A stretch of 64,000 nt of DNA from an uncultured delta proteobacterium (lineage in GTDB: Bacteria > Desulfobacterota > Desulfobacteria > Desulfobacterales > Desulfosalsimonadaceae), in assembly GCA_963826785.1 (NCBI GenBank), contig CAWGYD010000006.1, forward strand, positions 1 to 64,000, in the 5' to 3' direction. Shown one piece after another: positions 29,499-38,295 of this stretch. The number at the start of each line of letters is the position of its first letter. The first letter of the stretch is position 1. The notes under the pieces were generated by a model. The model made no database searches. It was not told where the DNA came from and was given only the letters and a program-made list of their open reading frames with translations. The translations under genes were made by a program, and so were the position numbers.

Positions 29499-31422
29499 AT
29501 GGCCACCAGGTACAAGGGATACATGGGCAGGGTGTTGGACATCAACCTTTCCACCGGCAGCATTGGCGAATACCCGCTGACCGACATCGACCGGGAAAAA
29601 TTTTTAGGCGGCCGGTTCATCAGCACCAAGATCCTGTGGGATGAGCTTTCACCCGGCGTCGACCCGCTCTCGCCGGAAAACATCCTGGTGGTCATGACCT
29701 CCCCCCTGACCGGCACCAACGCCCCCTCCACCAGCCGCTTCGACATCTCCGCCAAGAGCCCGCTGACCGGGGGCATCGGTCACTCCAACTCCGGCGGCAG
29801 CTTCGGCATCCATTTAAAGCGCGCCGGGTATGACGGCATGGTCATCCGGGGAAAAGCCGAAAAGCCGGTTTACATCGACATCGAAGAAGATGCGGTGCAG
29901 ATCAAACCCGCAGACCACCTGTGGGGCAAAAACACCGAAAAGACCCAGGAGGCAATGGAAAAGGCCGGCACGCTGGTCATCGGCCCGGCCGGGGAAAACA
30001 GGGTCAAGTACGCGGTGGTGGTGGCCGGCGAGCGGGTCCACGGCCGCACCGGCATGGGGGCGGTCATGGGATCCAAAAATTTAAAGGCCATCACCGCCTC
30101 GGGCAAGAAGAAGATTGAGCTGGACAAGCCGGAAAAATTCAAGTCCGGAGTGAAAAAATGGATCGACATGATCAAGCGCCACCCGGCCACCGGCGATTCC
30201 ACGCCCAGGCTCGGCACCGCCCAGTTCGTCAACATCCTGACCAAAGAAGAACGCCCTGCCCACCCGCAATTTCTCCCGGGGCTCCTTTGAAGGGGCGCAA
30301 AACATCAGCGGCGAGCGGCTGGCCGAAGATTTTCTGGTCAAAAACTCCGGGTGCACCTCCTGCCCCATCCGGTGCGGCCGGGTGGTGGAACTCGACGGAA
30401 AAGAGATCAAGGGTCCGGAATACGAGATGCTCTGCCTGATGGGATCGAACCTCGAAATCGACGACCTGCCCGCCATCATCCGGTGGAACTACGAACTCGA
30501 CCTTCTGGGGCTGGACACCATCACCACCGGCAACACCCTGGGGTTTGCCATGGAATTAAATGAAAAAGGGATCTGGAAAACCGACCTCGAGTTCGGCAAA
30601 AAGGAGAACATCTCCCAGACCATAGAAGACATCGCCTATCGCCGGGGAATCGGGGATGATCTGGCCGAAGGGGTGCGGTTTCTGTCGGAAAAATACGGGG
30701 GCAAGGAGTTTGCCGCCCACTCCAAGGGGCTGGAAATCGCCGGATACGAGCCCCGGGCCGCCGTCGGCCATGCCTTGGGGTATGCCACGGCCAACCGGGG
30801 GGCCTGCCACCTGGACGGCGGGTACATGATCTATTTCGAAGTCTCCGGCCCGCTCACCCTCAAACCGTCCCATTACCGATCCAAGCCCTCCTGGACCATC
30901 CTGGACCAGAACCTCATGGCCGCAGTCGGCGCCGGCGGCAACTGCCTGTTCACCGCCTGGACCTTTGTCCCCGGCTTCGCCTACAAGCTGCCCGGCATGA
31001 AATGGACGTCTAAAATCGTCACCGCCATGCTGACCTACACCTGGTTTCTGATCACCCTGACGCTCAAGATGCCGCCCATGCTGCTCAAATTCAACCTGCC
31101 GCTGCTGCCCCACCCCAAATTCATCCGGCTGGCCACCGGCATGAAGATGGACTTCGGCAGATACATGCGCGCCGGCGACCGGGGCTACAACCTGGAGCGC
31201 CTGTTCAACCTGCGAGAAGGCATCGGCAAAGAAAAGGACAGCCTGGCGTCGCGATTCACCGACGAGCCCCTGCTCCCGGGAAAACCCAAGTCCATCGTGC
31301 CTTTGGATAAAATGCTCCCAAAATACTACAAGATCCGCGGCTGGGACGAAAACGGTATCCCCCGGCAAAAAACGCTCAAGAAACTGGGGCTGGAGTTTGC
31401 GGATGAAAGACGGATGAACTGA
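29499..31422 (+). CDS. aor: Aldehyde:ferredoxin oxidoreductase (W/Mo-pterin AOR family), frameshift near 30244
   Basis: GYMGRVLDINLS, AKSPLTG, GAVMGSKNLKA, LPTRNF, CTSCPIRC, GPEYE, GLDTI and YYKIRGWD. Confidence 0.9.
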
Positions 31423-31442
31423 CAGGAATTGTTTTTCGTGAT

Positions 31443-31475
31443 GCCCTCAGGTGTTTGATCAAAATGCCTGAGGGC
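31443..31475 (+). terminator. Hairpin after the AOR gene
   Basis: GCCCTCAGG ... CCTGAGGGC stem; no U-tract. Confidence 0.4.
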
Positions 31476-31704
31476 GCATCCCCTCCTCCCTGCCGCCCCG
31501 GCATCATCTTGAATGCAAAATTAAATAAGGTCAGCTGCAATTCCGATTCCTATCTTTTCCGGACCCATATGGGCGTTGGACCTGATTGTCCCCTCCCGAC
31601 GACTTCTGTAGCTTAATCAAAGGCATACCGAGTTTTGAAACCCTGCGGCAGGTGAACACCGCCGCAGGGACGGATATATCTGAACCGCAAAGGAGGAAGA
31701 ACCG

Positions 31705-32226
31705 ATGCGCGAGCATATGGATCTGCCCGGCGGGGTCCCGGTGGAAAGGACCATCACCATCGACCGGCCGGTGCAGGAAATGTATCAGTTCTGGCGCAGG
31801 CTGGACAACCTGCCAAAGATTATGCAGCACCTGGAAAGTGTCGATGTTCTGGATGAAAAGCGCTCTCGCTGGAAAGCACAGGGGCCCATGAAATCATCTT
31901 TTGAATGGCATGCGGAGATCATCAGCGATGTGCCGGATCAGCACATCGAATGGAAATCCGTGGAAGACTCCGAAATAAAGACCGCGGGCGGTGTCTATTT
32001 CAGCCCGGCGCCCGGCGGACGGGGGACCCAAATCAAGGTGGCCCTCTCCTATGTGCCGCCCGGCGGCACCGCGGGGGCCAATCTGGCCTGGCTCATGGGC
32101 CAGGAGCCTTCCCAGCAGATCGCCGAAGACCTGCGCAAATTCAAACAGCTCATGGAAGCCGGGGAAGTCGCCACCATCGAGGGGCAGCCGTCAGGCGCTT
32201 CCCGCCCGGAAAAAAAGGAGGCATGA
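31705..32226 (+). CDS. SRPBCC (cyclase/dehydrase) family protein
   Basis: [10 protein letters not shown]...[17 protein letters not shown]...[14 protein letters not shown]. Confidence 0.88.
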   Translation: MREHMDLPGGVPVERTITIDRPVQEMYQFWRRLDNLPKIMQHLESVDVLDEKRSRWKAQGPMKSSFEWHAEIISDVPDQHIEWKSVEDSEIKTAGGVYFSPAPGGRGTQIKVALSYVPPGGTAGANLAWLMGQEPSQQIAEDLRKFKQLMEAGEVATIEGQPSGASRPEKKEA

Positions 32227-32227
32227 T

Positions 32228-33402
32228 ATGAAAGCCGTATGCTGGTACGGAATAAACGATGTGCGGGTGGAGGAAGTGCCGGACCCGAAGATTCTCAACC
32301 CCAGAGACGCCGTCATCAAGGTGACCCTCACCGCCATCTGCGGATCGGATCTGCATCTTTACGACGGCTATGTGCCCACCATGGAAAAGGGCGACATCCT
32401 GGGGCATGAATTCATGGGCGAGGTGGTGGAAACCGGAAGTGAGATCAGGTCCCTCAAGCCCGGCGACCGCGTGGTGGTCCCCTTCCCCATCTCCTGCGGC
32501 CGGTGCTTCTACTGCAAGCAGGAACTCTGGTCCCTGTGCGACAATTCCAATCCCAATGCCTGGATGGCCGAAAAGCTCTACGGCTATTCCGGCGCGGCCC
32601 TGTTCGGCTATTCCCACATGCTGGGCGGATATGCCGGCGGGCAGGCCGAGTACGTGCGCGTCCCGTTTGCCGATGTGGGCCCCATCAAGATCCCCGAAGG
32701 CACACCGGACGACAAGGTGCTGTTCCTGTCGGACATTTTCCCCACCGGCTACCAGGCCGCGGAAAACTGCGGGATCAAGCCGGGCGATGTGGTGGCGGTA
32801 TGGGGCTGCGGCCCGGTGGGGCTGTTTGCCATCCGCAGCGCCTACATGCTGGGCGCCGAGCATGTCCTGGCCATCGACCGCGATCCCCGAGCGGCTGCGC
32901 CTGGCGCGAAGAGTTCGGCGGTGCGGAAACCATCAATTACGAAGAAACCGACGACGTCATCGAGACCCTGCGCCAGAAAACCGGCGGGCGCGGACCGGAT
33001 GCCTGCATCGATGCGGTGGGCATGGAATCCCACGGCACCGGGATGAGCTACTACTATGACAAGATTAAGCAGACCCTGCGGCTGGAAACCGACCGCCCCT
33101 ATGCCCTGCGGGAAGCCATCCAGTCCTGCCGCAAGGGGGGCACCCTGTCGGTCCCCGGCGTGTATGCGCTGTTTCTGGATAAATTTCCCTTCGGGTCCGC
33201 CTTTGCCAAGGGGCTGAATTTCAAGATGGGCCAGACCCATGTGCAGAAATATTTGCCCACGCTGTTGGGCCACATCCTGGAGGAGCGGATCGATCCGTCG
33301 GCCATCATCTCCCACCGCCTCCCCCTGGACCAGGCCCCTGAAGCGTACAAAAACTTTAAAAACAAGGAAGACCAGTTCATCAAGGTGGTGATGACGCCAT
33401 AA
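32228..33402 (+). CDS. Zn-dependent alcohol/formaldehyde dehydrogenase, indels near 32883-32910
   Basis: ICGSDLH, GHEFMG, CGRCFYC...C, LSDIFPTG and GCGPVG. Confidence 0.88.
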
Positions 33403-33428
33403 AAAATCATTTGCCTGGGCCCGCGCCC

Positions 33429-34249
33429 ATGCCGCTGTATACCGTCATCCGCCGGTTTGCCGCCGGCAGGATCATTCTGGAAAGCCGGCAATATCCGGTG
33501 GGCCCCAAACCGGATCCACGCCCTGGCGGCACCCGGGCCGCATGCACCGGATTCGATCCCCGTGGTCCTGGTGCACGGCCTGGGCGTCTCCGGCCGATAC
33601 ATGATCCCGCTGGCCGGGCAGCTCGGCGCCTGCCTCCCCACCTATGTCCCCGATCTGCCGGGGTTCGGCAAAAGCAGCCGGCCGGCCGCCACGCTTACCC
33701 TGGCCGAACTGGCCGACGCTCTGGCCGCCTGGATGGATGCGGCGGAAATGGATACGGCGGTGCTGCTGGGAAACTCGTTTGGCTGCCAGGTGATCGTCGA
33801 GCTGGCAATGCGCCGAGCCAAGGCGCGCCGCCGCCCTGGTCCTGCAGGCCCCCACCATGGATATCGATGCCCGCAATGCCGGGGGGCAGCTCCGGCGGTT
33901 CATCATGGACAGTTGGCGGGAGCCGCCCGCCCTGATTCCGGTGGTGGTCTCAGACTACCTGAAGGCGGGTCCCAGGCGCATCCTGGCCACTTTCCGGGCA
34001 GCCCTGGACGATCCCATCGAACGCAAGGTGCCCGGCATCGAGGTGCCCGCCCTGGTTATCCGGGGGGAATCCGACCCCATCGCCCCGGAGCGCTGGACCC
34101 GGGGACTATGCCGGCGCTTTCCCCAGGCCCGGCACGCGATCCTGCCCAAAGCGGCCCATGCCGCCGTCTTTTCCGCACCGGCGCCCTTCTCCCGTCTGGT
34201 CATTTGCTTCATCGCCCGCCACGTTTTCCAGGCGGTATCCGGCCCATAG
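33429..34249 (+). CDS. Alpha/beta hydrolase, indels near 33508 and 33820
   Basis: VLVHGLG, PDLPGFGKS, GNSFG nucleophile, GESDPI and AAH. Confidence 0.8.
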
Positions 34250-34484
34250 GAGATGGCCCAGCCCGCCTGGGCATGGGGCAACTTCCCCCGCCTGACCTCC
34301 CCCATAAAGAAAGAAGTATCTCCAGATCGGGGAAAATTGTTCAGCGGCGATATCCGATATAATGATTATATTTTAGGCATTGCCTTATTGGGCGATGATA
34401 TAAGGAGATATTCGGCGCCTGATAATTGAAAACGGCATCTGCGCGCCGGTTTGCGTCATTTTACATACATACAAGGAGGCGTCC

Positions 34485-35099
34485 ATGAAAATTTTGACCG
34501 TTTATTATTCGATGTACGGGCACATGCTTGAAATGGCCAAGGCCGTCCACGCGGGGGTTCAACGGGTCGACGGCGTTGAAGCGGTGCTGCGCCGGGTCCG
34601 GGAATTCGATGAAGTGAACAAAATCATCGACGGGAATGAATTTGCCGCAAAGATCCGGGAAAATCAGAAGGAAATCCCGGTGTGCACTTTAGACGACCTG
34701 CGGGAAGCCGAGGGGTACATCTTCGGCTCGCCCACGCGCTACGGCAACATGACCGCCCAGATGAAACAGCTGTTCGACAGCACGGCCGACCTGTGGAGCA
34801 AGGGCGAACTGGAGGGCAAACCCGCCGGCCTGTTTACGTCCACCGCCTCCACCCACGGGGGCCAGGAAACCACCCTGCTCACCATGATGCCGCCCCTGAT
34901 TCACCTGGGAATGATCATCGTGGGGGTGCCCTATTCCACCAGCGGCATGCTCCACACCGAGGCCAGGGGCGGCACGCCCTACGGGCCATCCACCATTGCC
35001 GGCCCGAAAGGCGAGCTGACGCCGCATGAAACCGACCTTCAGATCGCCTCGTTCCTGGGCGAACGGGTGGCCAACATCGCCAAACGCCTCCGGGGATAA
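34485..35099 (+). CDS. wrbA: NAD(P)H:quinone oxidoreductase WrbA
   Basis: YYSMYGH, GSPTRYGNMTAQMK, STASTHGGQETT and GGTPYG. Confidence 0.92.
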   Translation: MKILTVYYSMYGHMLEMAKAVHAGVQRVDGVEAVLRRVREFDEVNKIIDGNEFAAKIRENQKEIPVCTLDDLREAEGYIFGSPTRYGNMTAQMKQLFDSTADLWSKGELEGKPAGLFTSTASTHGGQETTLLTMMPPLIHLGMIIVGVPYSTSGMLHTEARGGTPYGPSTIAGPKGELTPHETDLQIASFLGERVANIAKRLRG

Positions 35100-35173
35100 A
35101 AGCGGCCGCGGCTTCCAGGGAACTTGACCCGGTAAAACGTTTTTCACCGTTTATTTTTTGATTTCGCAGGGTC

Positions 35174-35292
35174 CAACCCCCCCTGCCTTCCCTCGATGGG
35201 GGAATTTGAGACCTGCTCCCCCTCGAAGGGAGAATTCGGTCGCAATTTCAAGGCCTAATCCCCCCTTGAGGGGGGAATTAAAGGGGGGTGTT
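35174..35292. repeat. Type A palindromic element
   Basis: AACCCCCCCT...CCCTCGATGGG...CCCCTCGAAGGG...CCCCCCTTGAGGGGGGAATTAAAGGGGGGTGTT. Confidence 0.75.
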
Positions 35293-35449
35293 CCTTCCGG
35301 CTGCCGTGAAAAATTCATTCCGGCAAAAATACCGCCCTGCGGGGTCGAAAGCTTTCAAGAAAAGAACCTGCACCGGCACACAGGGGCGGCCCTGCGGGGG
35401 GGCACCGCCCAAAAGTCCCCTTTTGTCGAGAGTACCTTGGGGAGAAAAA

Positions 35450-35896
35450 ATGACCCGATCCACAACTGATGCACGCCATGCTTCAACGCTGCTGCTGATA
35501 GCTGTCCTTCTGGCCGCGCTTCTTCCGGGCTGCGGCCGGACATCGGAACCGGTGCTGCAGATCCCGGACTGGATCATCGGAACGTGGACCGGCGCCTTTG
35601 GATTCGAACACGAGCCGGTCGAATACGCGTTTGTCATGAAACTGGAAAAAAACGGAAAAGGCACCCTCACCCTGTCCGGTCGCGGGGCCAGTTTCAGGTT
35701 GACGATGGAATCGGCTTCACCCCGCCAGGTGCGGTATAAAATGACATCGGATGATCCGGATGCGGACGCCATCGTCTCGCCGGGGATTATGGACCTGATC
35801 CGTCTGCCGGAACAGCCGCAAGACGTCATCCATGTCCAGTTTTACCCGGCCGGAAAAGAAGAACTCTGGCTGGGCCGGGCCAGAAGAATGAAATAA
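35450..35896 (+). CDS. Putative lipoprotein
   Basis: RBS GGAG; hydrophobic signal ending in the lipobox LPGC. Confidence 0.65.
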   Translation: MTRSTTDARHASTLLLIAVLLAALLPGCGRTSEPVLQIPDWIIGTWTGAFGFEHEPVEYAFVMKLEKNGKGTLTLSGRGASFRLTMESASPRQVRYKMTSDDPDADAIVSPGIMDLIRLPEQPQDVIHVQFYPAGKEELWLGRARRMK

Positions 35897-35907
35897 CAGG
35901 CCGCTGT

Positions 35908-36504
35908 TCAGAGCCCCGGCACACCCGCGATCAAGCTTTTCAGCCGCTCGACCGGCTGCACGCCGGACAGCACCACCTTTTCGTCCATCACAAAGGCGGG
36001 CACCGCCCGCACATTGAACCTGGCCGCGTCCTGTACATCGGCAGCAACCGATTTTTCAAACAGCCGCCGCTCCAATGCGGCTTCCAGCGCGCTGCCGTCA
36101 AGGCCAAGGTCGGCCGCCAGCCGGACCAGGACATCGATTTCGCCGATATTTTCCCCGCGCTCGAAAAAGGCGCGGAAAACCGCCGCGTGATAAGTCTCGA
36201 ATGCGCCCTGTTCCCGGGCCCAGTGGGCCGCCTCGTGTGCCTGCCGGGACCGGGGCTGCACCGGCGGCAGGTTCATGGTGACATTCAGCCGCTGTGCCAG
36301 CGGCTTTACCGAATCCCTCCAGGCGTTCTGAATGTACGCGGAATTCGGGTCCAGAACCGGCACGGGCTCCGGCCGCAGCTCAAATGCCCGCCACCGGAAT
36401 TCCACATCCGGGTTTTCGGATTTAACGATTTCCATGGCCGGCTCCGCCAGCCAGCAGAACGGTCAAAGATAATCGGAAAAGACCTGTATCACCAGATTGC
36501 TCAT
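35908..36504 (-). CDS. DsbA/FrnE-family thioredoxin-fold selenoprotein (UxxC)
   Basis: AAGGAG RBS, ATG 36504, MSNLVIQVFSDYL-TGA-PFCWLAEP in frame with the 175-aa ORF; FELRP and AVPAF cis-Pro loop. Confidence 0.88.
36430..36459 (-). promoter_or_regulatory. Bacterial SECIS-like hairpin
   Basis: UUCUG(C)UGGCUGGC-GGA-GCCGGCCAUGGAA; the loop begins with G, 17 nt after the UGA at 36465-36463. Confidence 0.75.
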
Positions 36505-36507
36505 TTT

Positions 36508-37221
36508 TCACTCCTTGCAGCAGCAGCTGATTTCCTTCATTCGCTTGAGTATTAAACCTGCGCGAGCCTGGCTTGCCGGGTCCGGAGGCAGGTGGCCCGG
36601 CAGAGCTTCAAAAAAAGAACGATTTTTCAATAAAGAAATAATGCGCCCTTTGAGATAAGCATTCAACTTAGAATCCGATGCATTTACTTCTTCAACGATT
36701 TCCGGTCTGCCATCGAGTACGGCAACAATATCTTCCATGTCCCGGCTCATCAGGTAATCGGCATTCCCCCTGCCATCGAAGGCTTCCAACTTCGTCGCCA
36801 GAAAATAAGGCGCTGGCAATATCCGGATTTCGGTGCCATCTGAAAGGCAAATCCATTTAGATGCCGCAAATGCCGGACCATACCATTGATTTCCGAAACC
36901 AAGTATCTGAGAATCTACCGGCATAACATCCAGTATAATAATTTCTCTAATCCATCTGCATATCGGCGCTCCAGGGCTCAAATCTTCTTTAAATCCCCGG
37001 TCACGTAATGTTTCCGACAGCTTGTGATATGCGGCCAAAGATGAAACTTCAACTAAAACATCGACATCAATTGTTGGTCGAACCGGGGCGGCTGCGGGAT
37101 CTGTTATGAGCAGACCGGTTGCGCAACCGCCGAGAAAGACCATTTCATTTTTCATAGCGCCCAAAAAGGAAGCGGCTTTTTCCAGCAGAATGATATTGGG
37201 ATGCCGGCTCGACTTCATCAT
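36508..37221 (-). CDS. Nucleotidyltransferase, AbiEii-like toxin candidate
   Basis: VFLGGCA...RPTIDVD, LATKLEAFDGR and SRDMEDI. Confidence 0.7.
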   Translation of the reverse strand: MMKSSRHPNIILLEKAASFLGAMKNEMVFLGGCATGLLITDPAAAPVRPTIDVDVLVEVSSLAAYHKLSETLRDRGFKEDLSPGAPICRWIREIIILDVMPVDSQILGFGNQWYGPAFAASKWICLSDGTEIRILPAPYFLATKLEAFDGRGNADYLMSRDMEDIVAVLDGRPEIVEEVNASDSKLNAYLKGRIISLLKNRSFFEALPGHLPPDPASQARAGLILKRMKEISCCCKE

Positions 37222-37730
37222 TCAAGCTTTCTCCTGATTTCATGAACAGCCATTTCTTTTTCTCTTGCCCGGCCTCCCCTAATGGCATCGACCAGTGATA
37301 AAAGCGCATACAACTCCTGATCCTTCCGCGCCGCTTTCGGGACGGATTTGTACAGCGGTGAAAAAGCCGTACCCCTTGTTTCCCCCATTGGATCCGGCCA
37401 GATCGGGCAAGGCTCATCGGATGAAAGAAGAATGCCATTCAATGGCGGCACATTATAGATGGTGGGCATTCCACGGGTCATTTCGCCGCGTTCAGGAACA
37501 AAGACATACTTTAACCCATGACAAAGGAATTCTTTTAAAGCGCTTTTATTAACAGTGATATTCTCCTTAATCGAGGTCAGTAAATGTGCAGTAATGGAGC
37601 GTTTAACGGCTGCATGCACTTCCGAAGAACTCATCGAAAGATCCACCGCCAATTCATTATACGTCCATTGCGCCTGCTCCAGAGTAACAAGCTTCAGGAC
37701 CACCAAAACATCCTGCGGTTTTAATATCAT
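37218..37730 (-). CDS. wHTH-containing protein, AbiEi-like antitoxin candidate
   Basis: WTYNELAVDLSMSSSEVHAAVKR HTH; C-terminal LVDAIRGGRARE; 4-nt overlap with the NTase gene. Confidence 0.65.
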   Translation of the reverse strand: MILKPQDVLVVLKLVTLEQAQWTYNELAVDLSMSSSEVHAAVKRSITAHLLTSIKENITVNKSALKEFLCHGLKYVFVPERGEMTRGMPTIYNVPPLNGILLSSDEPCPIWPDPMGETRGTAFSPLYKSVPKAARKDQELYALLSLVDAIRGGRAREKEMAVHEIRRKLE

Positions 37731-37741
37731 GATGATTACCC

Positions 37742-37776
37742 CTATTCTCTATTCGCGATTCGCAAATAGAGAATAG
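37742..37776. promoter_or_regulatory. Long inverted-repeat operator upstream of the wHTH-NTase pair
   Basis: CTATTCTCTATTCGCGA-T-TCGCAAATAGAGAATAG, 17-bp arms with one mismatch. Confidence 0.7.
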
Positions 37777-37890
37777 ATAATTCAAAGGGCTTTTTCAACA
37801 GTTTTTTAGTTAACCGCATCTTCTTTGCGGCAACGCACTGTTAAAAAACGTATCCTTGATTTGCCATTCTTTTTATTCTACTAAATTTCT

Positions 37891-38295
37891 ATGCATCATA
37901 TTCACGTCACCTGTGCAATTCTTGAGCACGGCGGTCGCGTTATGGCAGCCCAAAGGAGTGCTTCAATGAAGATGCCTTTCAAATGGGAGTTTCCCGGTGG
38001 AAAGATCAATCCCGGTGAAAGCCCTGAAGCCTGCCTTCAACGGGAACTTCTGGAAGAACTGGCTTTGACCGTATACATTAAGTTAGCGCTTCCGCCGACT
38101 ACACACGATTATCCGAATATGCGCGTGACCCTCTATCCCTATGTCTGTGCCATCCAGGAAGGCGAGCCGAAGCTGAACGAACATGCCGCACTAAAATGGC
38201 TTTCGCCGAAAGCGCTTGGCACGCTTGATTGGGCCGAGGCCGATCTACCCGTTATTGACGCCTATCGGCACTGGCTGGAAAAGTCATCGCAATGA
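37891..38295 (+). CDS. NUDIX hydrolase (MutT-like)
   Basis: WEFPGGKINPGESPEACLQRELLEEL Nudix box; WAEAD. Confidence 0.9.
   Translation: MHHIHVTCAILEHGGRVMAAQRSASMKMPFKWEFPGGKINPGESPEACLQRELLEELALTVYIKLALPPTTHDYPNMRVTLYPYVCAIQEGEPKLNEHAALKWLSPKALGTLDWAEADLPVIDAYRHWLEKSSQ

Noticed and set aside
31705..35099. SRPBCC/ADH/hydrolase/WrbA as part of the lipid pathway
   Set aside because: Separated from AOR by a hairpin; SRPBCC plus this Zn-dehydrogenase is a common stress-type pair, and I see no evidence of linkage.
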